Below are positions 48,085-60,799 of a DNA stretch of 64,000 nt, one piece after another (the first letter of the stretch is position 1; each line of letters begins with the position of its first letter). This stretch comes from Camelus ferus (taxonomy: Eukaryota). Under the pieces are notes generated by a model that was not told the origin of the DNA, did not search any database, and saw nothing but the letters and a program-made list of their open reading frames with translations. The stretch lies in NCBI RefSeq assembly GCF_009834535.1, contig NC_045696.1:119786001-119850000 (forward strand), written 5' to 3'. A program made the position numbers and the translations under genes.

Positions 48085-48806
48085 TTTAATTGAATTGTAA
48101 GTAACATACAGTATTATGTTTCAGGTGTACAACTTAGTGATTAGATATTTTTATACATTATGAAATGGTCACCAGGGTAAGACCAGTTACCATCTGTCAC
48201 CAAACAAAGTTGTTACAGTGTTACTGACTCTTCCCCATGCTGGTCATTGCTTCCCTGTGACTTGTTTTACAGCTGGAAGTTTGACCTCTGAATCCCCTTC
48301 ACCTATTTCATCCATCCTTCCACCCCTCTTCCCTCTGGCAACCACAGTGTTCTTTGTATCTATGGGTCTGTTTTATTTTGTCTGTTCATTTGTAATACTT
48401 TTTAGAATCCACATATAAGTGAAATCACACTGCATTTGTTTTTCTTTGTTTGATTTACTTCACTTAGCATACCACCCTTCAGGTCTATCCTTGCCACGAA
48501 TGGCAAGATTTCATTCGTTGTATGACTGAGTAGTAGTATGTGTGCTGTATGTTGAGTAGTATGTGTGTTGATACCACATCTTCGTTATCCAGTCATCTAT
48601 GGATGGACATTGAGGTTGCTTCCATATCTTGGCTACTGCAAATAATGCTGCACTGAACATAGAGGTGCATATATCTCTTCAAATTAATGTTTTTATTTTT
48701 ATTTTGGATAAATACCCAGGAGTGGGATAGCTGGGTCATATAGTAGTTCTATTTTTAGTTTTTTGAGGCACCTCCATACTGTTTTCCACAGCGGCCGCAC
48801 CAATTT
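48085..48806 (-). mobile_element. L1 3' end, same subfamily as 17240-17971
   Basis: Shares gtaagaccagttaccatc and agttgttacagtgttactgact with the 17.3-kb copy. Confidence 0.85.
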
Positions 48807-50311
48807 CCTTTACTGTTTCCAAGACACTTCTCTAGGCAGTGGAGAAGCCATGCTGTGCAGTGAAGAAGTGACTAAGTGGCTAAAGCGTGTGCAGACTTAC
48901 AGTGACATGAATGTACCGAGACCTGGGAACCAGTTCAGTTCCAGATGGGGATTATGACTGAGGCATGCTATGGGGAGCGACATGTGTACTGAGGAATCAC
49001 CGGTGTTTTCTGCTGGCATTTGCTGCTAATCTGAATAGCACAGTCAGTGGATGGAGGAAATCGAAGGCCCTGCAAACCCCTCCCATAGGTGAGGCGCAGG
49101 TTAAGGTGCGCCTCGGGTGGGGTCTGAGGCAGGACTGCCTGTGCCTCTGCTTTTCCCTGGATTATCTCGGCTCTCCCTCCCCTGCGAGGCCTTTTCCTGC
49201 AGGAGAGAGGCTAGCCGGTCAGCGAGCCCTACAGCCCCGCCACTGAGGGAGCCGAGAACAAAGGCATCTAGAAACCACTAGGTCTCCAGCCTCAAGGTCT
49301 GAAGGGAACACTTTACAAGGTTCGATGCAGGGCCTGGAAATACCAGAGATGGCATCACCCGTCCTCCCCTTCCCACGGTCACCGGAGCCGGCTCTGTGGA
49401 GTACACGGGCCACAGCTGGACGGTTTGTCCCGAGGCCCATTCCCTGTCCCTGCGTTTCCCAGGAGCTGCCTCCTCACCCTGCTGGTCCCGGTGGGCTCAG
49501 GAAATCAGACCCAGCGTCCGCTGCAGCGCTCTGTGCGCGCACACCTGTTTTTTGCCACTTGGAAGCAGCTGTATTGCTAAAGGTCCGGCTCAAACCACCT
49601 CTGCCAAGAAGCTGTCCTCTCCTGGCGCCCCTGCAGCACCCTGCGTGTGCCTCCTTCACCACTTGCGATGTTCGTGGTGAACTGAGTTCCCACCTTCGTC
49701 CCAGCCCGACTGAGTGCCTGTGTGCCCGGACGTTGCCCATCTCTCCTCTTCCATGGCCTGCTTCCTCTTGCTCTGTTTGGCAAGCTGCTCTGTGGGGTGG
49801 CCCTTGAAGAACCTGCTCCCACATAGTGACACAAACATCACATCGGGGACACTTCCTTGTGGGGGTGGTGAAACAAGAGGAGGGGTGCACGTCACAAAAG
49901 CTGCAGCAGACAACTGTAAACAAGGGTGAGGGTGGATAGATAAGGCCCGCTGTCCTCCGAGGTACACACCGGGTGCTGTGGTGGGGGCCCTGGGGAGAGG
50001 ACAGCTTCAGGGGGGTTATTTCCCACCTCAGCAGAACAGGTCAAAAGTGAAGTTGAGGAGTTACTGGGAATAAATATTTTTTTCACACCTGAGTGCTATG
50101 CGCCAAAATTTACACCCACTGCACTGAGCACTCCTAGCTAATGGGGACACTCCAGCCCCCACCCTCCCTCCGCCGCTCCTCTGGTCCCCTCTCCCCACCG
50201 CCCTGCCTACGTTATTCTTCAGAATTTTCCTGGTTATCTTCATTTGATTACTTTCTGTATTAACTTTAGTACCACACACAACAAATCTAGTAATGCCCAT
50301 TTAAAGATACA

Positions 50312-50787
50312 GTGATGAGTAGAAAGACTTCAGATTCAGCAAGGCCACCAGATCAGGAGATGATTGCCGAAGAAAAGACAGTTTCCTACTCACAGTTCCC
50401 CAGAGGAGAGGGCGCAGGGCCGCAGGAGGAAGCAGGTCGTCCTGGCACTGAGAGACAGGGAGCTGGTGGGCTGCAGCCTTTACCGTGGCTTCCTCGGGAG
50501 GAAGGATGTGAGGCAGATTAAACAGATTTGGGATCGGCTCCTTTGAACAATGCCCTTGGGCTCCAGGGTGCAGAGGCTGCCCCCACCTGGTGCACGACCC
50601 CGGGGCGACTAGGGCGGGGAGCTGGAGGCCAAGTGGGATAAACGGGGAGGGGGCGGGTTACGGGCAAAGGATTGATAAGCCTTTACAAAGAGAGCTGTTT
50701 GCGCTCAAGGAGTGAGCTCACCTGGGAGGGGCAGTGCCTGGGGCCAGCAGGCGTCAGAATTACAGAAAATAAGGTGCGGTTAATACA
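50312..50787. mobile_element. Old ERVL-type LTR (MER21/MER77-like)
   Basis: gattgccgaagaaaagacagtttcctactcacagttcccc motif; ends ggttaataca; family call from memory. Confidence 0.45.
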
Positions 50788-52799
50788 GAGTGGCATTAAA
50801 TGGATACTTATTAAATCTTCATTTAAACATTAAATGAATATTTGGAGATTCAGATCTTAAAATATTGCTGACTTCTATTCAAGAATAAGGTGTCTCTGAA
50901 TTTATTCAGGTGTGATTTCCGACCCTCAGTGGAGTTTTAAAGTCTTCATCATTTTCACGCTGCACAACTTTTGTTAAACCTGTTCCTAGACCTTAGTCCG
51001 TTTTGTCTCTATTGTAAATAAGTTCTTACCTTCCACTGTATTTATATTTAGCTCTTGTTTGTGTGTTTGTATATTAGTTCCGTGCCACAGAGAATTCTCT
51101 CAAACCTCTTCTCTCTGATGGGTGGCATTGGCAAGTACTTCCAGATGGATGCTAAGTGGTCCTGGTGACCGCAGGCATGGACCACTTTCCTTCTAGGTGT
51201 TTTAGAATCAGGATTCATATACTCTCTTCCTTCAGGAGGAGCAAAAGATGGCAAGAAGATCTCCCTACAAGGAGTTACGTGGGCTGCAGGGCTTGAATAT
51301 CTTCCCCAAGGGACATAACAAGATGGGGAAAGACTTCCTACCATTTCCAAATTGGCGTTTGTGCTTGTGGTCCCCTTCCGTAAGACAGGCTTTCTTGATG
51401 ACTGAATTAGGGCTAGTGGGAGTGCTAGTCAATTACCTGTCGCCTAGACTTCCTTCCTTCATGACGCTGAGACCAATGAGAAGGTAAACATACTGAGAAA
51501 TCGGTTCCTCTGTCGTCTTCGCCTGCAGAATCTCAGACCGAGGTCCTCGGTAACCAGCAGAAGGTGACCTCCTTTGCGCCCTCTCTCCTCCCAGGTGACA
51601 TGTGCATGGTTGGGGACCAGGGTGAGGGTGCTGTTTTAGTCCAAGTCTGCAGAGAAGCAGATGCCAACATGGGGTTAAACACGTGAGAATTTTGTTACGG
51701 GAAATTGCAGTAAGAGCAAGCTGTGGGGCTGGAAGCTTGGGAGAGCCACCAGATGATGCAGACCAGACCCCAGGACAGGAGGGGGAAGGAGGCTTGGGTG
51801 GGAGTACCGTCGTTGCCACGCAGTCCAAAGAAGATTTGGCAAAGCTTCTCTCAGAGTTCCGTGTCTCCCGGGAACAGCGCCCTCTATAGACTGCTGGACA
51901 CAGACAGGAGGGGGCCGCAGGGTGCCCGGGAGACGGGCTCAGCACAGATGCCAGCGACGGGTTTCCGAGAGCCTCAGCTGGAGCCTCTGTCCTCTGTCAC
52001 TTCCGCTCCACAGGCACTTGTGGAGGCCTTTAGACTGTTAGAGCTGAAAAACAGGGGGCAACGTTCGTTCCACAGGACTTACAATCTTAGCACCTGACCC
52101 AAGTCTGTCTGCAGCAAGCTTTTCAGCTTTGGACCTGGACTGTCCTCTTGGACACAGTCCGATAAGCCCGAGTTTCCCTCCTCGCTCTGCTTTGGCAGTT
52201 TCACCTCTCTGAGCCTCAGTTTCCTCATCTCTATAATGGGGAGAGGGAATAGATGCCTAGCTCGGAGCCGCCTGGAGCATGTGCTATTGACAGAAACGCT
52301 TAGCAGGAAACCTGGGATCCCTGTGACCACTTTTAGTCCCTCTCCCTTCACTCCCACTTCTGTCTCCATCCCCAAGCCCATGCGGAGTCACAGAGCCAGC
52401 TTAGTCCCACCTTGGGAAGAAAAGTCCCCATGCCTGCACAGTGACCGTGTGCCTTGGACAGCCGGTCCGCTGCCCACTGGGGAACTGCCGCAGCCAGTGT
52501 TCAGTTTGGCCACCTCCCTCCCACACCTCAGCACAGGCCTGGGCTGTCAGTGTAAAACCAGGAAGAGGCACATTCATTTGAACCCAAACTCAATTAGCCA
52601 GGCCAGTCAGTAGCCGGGAAGTCACGTGCTGCTTTCCCAAACCAAACAAATTATTTTTAGATTATTCACTCTTCGGCATCATCCATGCCACAGCCCCTCC
52701 TGTTAGGGCGCATCAGGGAGAGCTGGCTGTGGCCAATTAATGGATGTTTCGCAGCCATTTTTCCGCACTGGGCCTCCGTGTACTCGGTGGTGGAAGCAG

Positions 52800-52995
52800 T
52801 ACAAACCGACCCCTGGCTCTCAGCGCTGACGATGCCCTGCCATCACCCGGGGGCTTTAAAACTCCTGGTCCTCGGGTTACACCTCAGCTACGCCTCGGCC
52901 CCATCGCATCGGAATCTCTCGGGTGGGACCCAGGCATCAGCGTCTTTTAAAGCTCCCCTGGTGATTCCAGTGTGCAGCCCCGTTTGAAAACCAGT
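52800..52995. mobile_element. MER5-like hAT-Charlie element, unusually CpG-rich
   Basis: tcggaatctctcgggtgggacccaggcatcag...ttttaaagctcccctggtgattccagtgtgcagcc...ttgaaaaccagt. Confidence 0.7.
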
Positions 52996-55900
52996 AAAAG
53001 ACAATTTCAAAGTTTCCTTCCATCTCTGATTCCAGGGACAATGGCCTCAAAGAGGGTACAGCCTACTTCTAATTTAATCCATAGAATAGAAATTGTGTGA
53101 GTGACTATTCCAGCAGTTGTGTGATTTCATACTCGTCTTAAACTCCCCACTCTTGATCGTATTCCTCTTTGGCACCTTATCACTCAGTGTTTAGACTCCT
53201 AATTAACACCTGTGCCATGCATCTGCCATAAACCATTGTTTTCACTTACATAGCGTTTGTGGCAGGCATACATCCACAGAATGGGTTCACTTTTCTTTGT
53301 CACTCTAACAGACGTTACTCCTGAGCGCCATTTCTGCTTGTCTCATGTGTACAGCCCAGTGAACTCTTTCACAGGGGTGCGTGCACCTGGCCACCGCCCA
53401 GGTCGAGATAGAGGACCCTTCCGGCAGTCCAGGGCTCACCTCTGGCCCCTCCCACTCGCCCCGGCACCCCTCTGGGGAGCCCTCTGGCTTCTAACACCAG
53501 AGGTGAGCCCCGGTCTCCTTCGACTAAGGGCCTCCTCTAACTGAGGTTCGTGCCCCTCCCGTTCCCTTCTTCCCTGAGGATGCACTGAGTCCTGGGGGTC
53601 TTGCCGTCCTGCCATGGGCAGGGGGATCTGCCTCAGGCGTGTGGCTGTTCAGTAACCTACTGAGGTGTCACAGACCATCCCCAAACATAGTGGTGAACAT
53701 AAGACGTGCTCTCTCACAGGCTGGTGGCGTGATGGGGCTCAGCTGAGGTCTCTCGCAGCTGCAGTCAGATGGCAGCTGGAGCCAGACCTCCAGAAGCCTC
53801 TCTGGGCTGGAAGGTCCAAGTTGCCTTCTTTTTCTGAGAAAGTGAAAAGTAGCTCAGGCTAACGATGTAAACATCTGCCGGGCCGGTCATCAGGCTGGAA
53901 TTCGAGCCTCAGACAGAGCCGAAAACAGAGCTGGCAGGAGGAAACATCCCGTCCAAGGCCTCACTGCAAGGGGCGAGTGCCGAACAGCCCTCTTTTTCAT
54001 TCCCAAGTAACTTTGTTTTCTAAAATCAAAGATGATCAGAAACTTTTTTCAGGAAGAATGACATGCCCTGATTTTGCCCAGAGGCGCTAAGTCCCTTGGA
54101 CACAAAACAGCCTCAGTTTCTTTCCGGACAAACCTCAGGTGCGCCTCCTCAGGTGCAGGGTTTCTGGGCCCAACACTTCCCGTCTGTCCCACCTGTGTAG
54201 TACCCGAGGGGACAGGACCTGGGGGCCCACTTCGCAGTCCCAAGCAGTTGTGGAATGCTTTACACAGGGCCTGCTCTGCTCTGAGCCTAGCAAACCTTTG
54301 ATTCTGTGCTAAAATCACTTAACTGTATACTCTAAAATGGTGACTTTTACAGTATGTGAATTTATGCCCTGTGAGATATGGCATCTCAATTAAAAAAAAA
54401 AAAATAAACATAGCCATGGAAAGAATTAGAACTTGTATACGGCTTTGAATCAGCTGGCACTCCCTGTGACGCCTTGTTCCCCTTGCCTGGCTCCCGCTGG
54501 GTCTCCTGGGCTCCGTCTGTACCTGGGCCAGGACACAGGAACTCTCTTCTGCCCCCATCGCCATCCTCCATCTGAGCCCTAATTCCCACCCATCCCTTCC
54601 CATGCAACACACCTATGTTCTCTAAGCGCTTTGCATGGAAACTTGTTGGCTCTTAATGTCAGTTTACACTCAGCTTCTTTGATGATCCTCAATTTTATAA
54701 AATGGTTTTTTAGTTAAAAACAAACAAAAAACTCAGCTTCATTTACATTCCACCAAACTCCACCTTTCCCCCAAATCCTGTATAACTCTACAGTTTGTCT
54801 GGGGCGACGCCCCACAGTGAGGTGTGTGGTCTGTACCTGTCCGGCTGCAGGGTGTGGCTGGCTGTCCCAGGCTGTCCCCGGGGCATTGGCCCTCCTCCAC
54901 AAGGTCTCTCTTCCTGCCAGGGGTCTTCCCCTCCAGGGCCCCCTCCCCGGGCTGCCCTCTCCCACCAGGGACCCGGGCTCTCACACTGGCAACTGACTTC
55001 CACAAGGCTATAGCAAAAGCTGCCAGGTTTTCTGAAGACTTGGCCTGGAGCTGCCAGTGTCCCTTCTGCTGCACTCTGCTGGTTAAAGTGAGTGACAGGC
55101 GTGGGAGGGAACTGCCCAGGGAAGGGAGTCCTGGGAGGTGTTGTTCATCAGGGCCACCTTTGCAGGCCGGCTACCACCACTGGCCTCTCTCCTCATGACA
55201 TCCCTCCTGAGGCTTCATCCGCCTTCATCAGCCTCAGGCCCTCTTGCCAGTCTGCAAATAATATTCACTCTTTGCAAACAGCCAGAGATTCTCCGGTTTG
55301 CCATGGCTCAGTCCCTCTCCAGGCCCTCCAGGGAGAGAGGGAGTTTCTGGCTGCACCCCCCATGCTGTGCTGGGCTGGCCAGGTCTCTGCAGGCCTCTCT
55401 CAGGCCCACCTGCCTGGGCTTCCTCCTCAGACATTGCATTGCTGACACCAGGTGCCACACTGGATGTGGCTTCTCCCGGGGCCCGCACTCAGGGGAGTCA
55501 GGCCCTCGTGCTGAGGATCCCCGACCAGGCTGACCTAGCCATTCCTGGAATGTGAACGCCACTGACTGCATGAATGGAGGGCTCTGGGAAAACAAGGGGA
55601 AAAAATGTGATGTGGAAGAGAAAGCGGCTAGAATCTAAAGGTTATATAGTATACCTTTTCTAGGAAAGCTCCAGCAGCGGCCTCTCCTGTTTTAGGTAGC
55701 TGTGAACGTTGATTACTGGTATTGTTTTGATCTGAATTTGAGGTAATGATAATGACAATAAAGTTTACATAATTCTTAGGAACCTTCATATACATAATTT
55801 TATTTCATCTTCACAGTAACCTTCTGAAAGGAGTGAATATTTTTATCCCCACGTTACAGACAGGGAAACAGGCACAGGGAAATCAGGGGGCTTTCCCAAG

Positions 55901-57204
55901 GGTGGCACATTGTATGGTTTTAATCTTGAAGGGACAATTTCAAAAGAGGAAAGACTTGAAAGAGAACAAATGGGCCTGTGATTTTAAATGAGAACTTTTC
56001 GATTTTTCCATTTTGATTGTTTTTGCAAAATACTGGGCTCAAAATTTAGAGGCGAAAAAACCTCAGGGTTACCTAAAGAAGCACAGAGGTGCAGTATGGC
56101 GACCAGTTGTGACAAAGCGATAAAAATTCGATAATACAATTTCCGTTTAATTCAGCACGTATCGAGTCCCTGCTGTGTGCCATTCACTTAGCTACTCCTG
56201 TGTGCGACAGGATGGGAGCCTCTGAATTGCTCACCTGAGAAAGGACAGAGAAGCAGTTCCCTGGCCTGGATCAGCTACTGGGGCTGCCAGACCAACTCTG
56301 GGCTGAGGTCTGACTCAGTGAGACTGACCACGAAGACGGTGCAGGTGACATAACGTTTCTCTAATTGCAGGAGCCTGGGGATGGGTGGTGCTGTAGAGAC
56401 GTAGGATTCAGGGCCCTGACGATGTCCAACTCCTCCGCAATAGTCACATGCAACAACGTGCCTGGGTGTGTGCTGCAGAGTCCTCTTCTCAAATTCCTGC
56501 CCAGAGGAACTCTCCAGAACGGGATGGACGCAGCGTTCACGAGCACCGAGACGTGGGAGAGGAGGGGCCCTCCAAATTCTCTGACTTTGGGGGCTCAACT
56601 TAGAAAACTGCTGCCCAGTAGATCTTATAATACATCCGGATCCTGCCTTTAAATAGCTGTGTAATGAACACTTGGCATTCATTTTTTCTTAAAAACCAGA
56701 CTCCAGTTTAAGTAAAAACAGAACATCAGCTGACTGGAGAGAGAGAGGCCACCAACCAAAAACTGGTGCGCATTAGTGTTGCCTTCTTCTTCCTGTTTCT
56801 CTAAACATGTTTATATTTGCACATCAGGACAAGTTCGAGCTACTAGAACATAAGCCGCTTCAGCTTTCTTTGATGGTGTGACTCAGCTTGGGCAAGAGGG
56901 TTGAGAATGAGCCACAGAAAAATAAAATAAATTGGCTATTTATGGAGCCAACTACTAATAAAAATGGAAATGCGTTTAGCACATGTTCTTTCCAGGAATC
57001 TCCCAGACTGATTGAAACAGGGAGGGAATAAAAATGGAACATTGCTTTAGAAGGGCATTTGCACATTGGCTGCTGCCACTGATCAGTTGCCTTGAGCTTG
57101 TGACGTTCCTAATTCAAGAACTGGCCATTTCTATAAAGAAGGGAGAATTGTAAAAGAAATTTGGGGCAGGTAAGAAAGACAAAAAAAGTAATGAGATACG
57201 TATT

Positions 57205-57320
57205 TTTTAAATTAAAAATTTTTTTTCTAAGTAATTGTTTTTTTAAATGGAGGTGCTGGGGATTGAACCCAGGACCTTGCGCATGCTAAGCACACACTCT
57301 ACCGCTGACTATACCCTCCC
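57205..57320 (-). mobile_element. vic-1-like tRNA-derived SINE
   Basis: Minus strand GGGAGGGTATAGTCAGCGGTAGAGTGTGTGCTTAGCATGCGCAAGGTCCTGGGTTCAATCCCCAGCACCTCCA plus an A-rich tail. Confidence 0.85.
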
Positions 57321-57679
57321 TCCTATAAGATATGTTTTAAATTGACCTCAGTTCAAAAACTGTGTTTGAATTTGCAAACCACAGGCCTCTTCCAGTGTGC
57401 CTCAGTTCTGAGAATCTGTGCACCAAGTAGAATATAGTTACAAACAGAAATCTTAAAATATGGTTATATATGGTTTTATATGCATGTGATATTTAAAGGG
57501 AGGGGAGGAACATAGGGGGAAGATAAGAGACCAGAAAAAACACTGCCACAAGGTAGAATTTTCCAGGAGGTTGTCAGTTTGTCCAAATTTCCCTCATGGA
57601 AAATGGTCATCAGAATAATTATGCCCCAATAATTCAATCGCCAAAGATACGCTCCTTTCGCTAACTTAAACTCTTAGAC

Positions 57680-57860
57680 CAGTGGTTCTCAAAGTGTGGT
57701 CCGTGGACCGCGAGGAGCAGCAGCAGCAGCAGCAGCACCACCTGGAGACAATGGAAATGCAAATCCCCACCCAACTTCCAAGACTTCCCAAGTCAGAAAC
57801 CAGGAAATCTGTGTTTTAACAAGCCACTGTGTGATCCGATGGGCGCTAGTCAGACCAGTT
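57680..57860. mobile_element. MER5A-like element containing (CAG)6 at 57718-57735
   Basis: cagtggttctcaaagtgtggtcc...aaatgcaaat...tgtgttttaacaagcc. Confidence 0.75.
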
Positions 57861-58719
57861 GACCCAGATTCGTAAGTTTTCAGTTCTAGGCATCTAAGAG
57901 GGAAGACTTGGCCAGTTTTCCTCCTGTCCAGGTGTGCCTCATTTCCAAAGCCCGGGGGGTCAGGATCGGGAGGTGGGTGTCAGGTGTGGATTGTTTCTGG
58001 GTCATGATGTCACACAGCTGAGGAGAGAGTGCAGGGCTCAAGAGAAGGACCAGGCTGGGCGCCCCTGCAGATGCAAAGTGGGGAGTGGGTAAAGGTGCAG
58101 AGGGAACTGAGACGCCTTCTGAGGAGGAAAGGGAAGGTCGGGAAGCACAGGCCCGGCTCCAGAGAACGTGTCCTCAGATTGGGTACTCCTCCCTTCCAGA
58201 GGGGGACTGTAACTTCCCTTCCTCTGGGTGTGGCCTGGACCCCGTGACTTGGTCCTAGCGACCCTGCCGCACTTCCAGGACAAGGTCACAAAAGGCACTG
58301 TGGCCTCTTCCTTTCTCTCGCTCTTGGATCACTTGCTCTTGGGGAAGCCTGTTGATGTGTCTTGAAGCTGCTCACGAAGCCCCACAAAGAAGTCTGTGCG
58401 GCAAGGAACTGAGGTCTCTGAAGAGCATCCAGCCTTCAGATGGGCCCTTGCCACCTCCTGAAGGAACGTGACTCCTCCCATGGCCCTGGCTCCCCAGCTC
58501 CCTCCATCACCCACACTTGCCTCCAGCCCTCGGAAGAGGAGGGTCTTCCATCACAGGGCTGTCTATGCATTTCCCGCTGCTTAGCCTGCAGCCCACCCTC
58601 AGGGGCAGCAGGAGAGATGGACAGGAAAATGTGATAGAGGCCTCCCCTTCTCCCTGGTTGGCAAACGAAAGTTGGACATGTTTAAAGTCTGCGATATGGT
58701 GTCTTGATCCATGCAGACA

Positions 58720-59690
58720 CGGTGAGATGATGGCCACAGTCAAACCAGCTGATGTCCATCTCTTCACATAGTTACCGTTTTGAGGAGAGGGGGGAACACT
58801 TGAGATGTACTCTCTTAGCAAATTTCAAACAGTGTGCAATACACTAGTGTTAATATTAGTCACCTTAGGGCCTCGGAACTTCTTCGTCCTGCACAACTGG
58901 AACTTTGTTGCCTCTGACCAACACCTCCCCCTTTCCCCACCCCCAGACCCAGGAACCCACCCTTCTACTTCCTGCCTCTATGATTCTGGCTTTTTTTAGA
59001 TCCCACATATAAGTGAGGTCATGTAGTATTTGACTTCCAGCGCCTGGCTTATTTTAGTTCACTCAGCGTGATGTCCTCCGGTTCACTGTGTGTCCCCTCC
59101 ACCCACCAGTTCACATGGTGAAATTCTAACCCCCAAGGCGATGCTATTGGGAGGTACCCTTGGGAGATGATAAGGTCAGAACCCTCATGAATGGGGTTGG
59201 TGTCCTTATAACAGAGACTCCAAGGAGACCCCAGGGACCCCTTCCACCATGTGAGGACACAGCGAGAAATCGGCAGTCTGTGAACCAGAAGGAAGAAGGT
59301 TTCCACCCAAACCTGATGGTGCTGGCCCCGCTGATCTTGGAATTCCAGTCCCTGGAACTGTGAGAAATAAGTGTATGTTGTTTATAAGCCACCCAGTCTG
59401 CGCTACGTTGTCAGAGCAGGCGGAGCTAAGACATCCATGTTGTCACAAGCGGCAGAATTTCCTTCTTTTCTGAGGCTGAATCATGGTTCATTGTACACAC
59501 ATAGCATTTTCTTTATGTTTCCATCCGCTGACAGACACTTAGGTTGCTTCCCCGTCTTGGCTATTGTGAATAGTGCTGCTGAGAGCATGACAGTGCAGAG
59601 AGCTCTTTGAGGTGCTAATTTCATTTCCTTTGAATAATTACCCAGGAGTGGGATCGCTGGATTATGTGGTAGCTCTATTTTTAATTTTCC
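58720..59690 (-). mobile_element. L1MA-like 3' end interrupted by an MLT1A-like LTR (about 59087-59432)
   Basis: L1 text tcctccggttca|...|tccatgttgtcac is split by a MaLR LTR ending ataagccacccagtctg...ctaagaca. Confidence 0.75.
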
Positions 59691-60799
59691 CCCCAATTTT
59701 TAAACAAATCTAATGCTTTTTCCGAAACAATTTCATTTTTCCGTATTATTTACTCACAGTCGAAGTAGCTTCACCTGCCACATATAAAGAAGAGCTTTTC
59801 TAGGAAGAATGTTTCTGAAGAGTTTTCCTTTCCTGTCACGTCAGGTTTCCACCAGAAGCCCTCCTCATCAGGCGTTTCACGAGAGAAGACTCAATCACAG
59901 GGAGGGGTGCGGACCAGGAGAACACAAGACTCCATTAAGAGGAACGGTTACCGTAACCACATTTCCATTTCCTCTTTGGACTTCAGCTCAACCACATAAA
60001 CAAGGTGGGAGCAGAATTATGTAATATGAGGCTGTTGAGACAAAGTAGCCTGCGATGAGGGTGGGACTGGGCTGTGCCCTCCAAATTACATGATGGAATT
60101 AGAAATCCGTCCCGGTCAGGTGCAGTGGATAGGATTACTTCCAGAAAGACTCTTTTGAGAATGCAGACTGTGCCAGAATTTTTATGTGATAACTTAATGG
60201 AATTGACACATAAAATGGACCAGCAATGGATGCGTTCTGTTTCTACCAACATGTCCTTGAGTTAAAATTCCATCTGGGGAAGGGACAAAACCTCCACGTG
60301 TCTGGAGTCTAATTCTGGTGTCTGGCGTGAGCTTGAGAGAGCACCGTCTCAATCCTTCACTCCACCTTCAAGGCCGGCTTGTGATCCCTAGCTGCTTCCT
60401 GCCTCACCAGGTCTGCAGAGCTTCGAGGGACCCCGACCAGGGCCCATGCACGGACTTGACTGCCCGTCTGGTTTCTGCCTGTGTCTGTGCCCCACCGGAC
60501 CGGGCAGTAAGCTGAGGAGGGCCTGAAGGAGCACACAGAACCCAGGCTCTCACTCCCTGATATGTTTGGGTGCTTCATGAGTTTTACTATTTCAAAAAAT
60601 TTTAAGACTGTACTGAGGCTGCTGGTGCCAATTTTATGAATCAGGTAAGTTCTTACTTGTTGGCTGCAGTTGTATACATTTCCCTGAAGACACCATAGTG
60701 TCCAGCTTTATTAGTAAACATGACACATTGGAGCATCAGGTGCTTTGTGAGACTGGCGGAGGGTTTTAACCCAGCAGTGAGCGTTGCTTGTGAGCAGAC

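Noticed and set aside
48965..56682. Numerous 60-170 aa ORFs in the GC-richer intergenic region
   Set aside because: Low-complexity Pro/Ser/Gly/Arg composition, on both strands, with no consistent exon structure or recognisable domain.
47430..57320. tRNA-like sequences at 47430 and 57250-57320 as functional tRNA genes
   Set aside because: Degenerate stems, SINE-type tails and target duplications indicate SINE copies.
57718..57735. (CAG)6 as a polyQ coding tract
   Set aside because: It lies within a MER5A-like element with no surrounding ORF.
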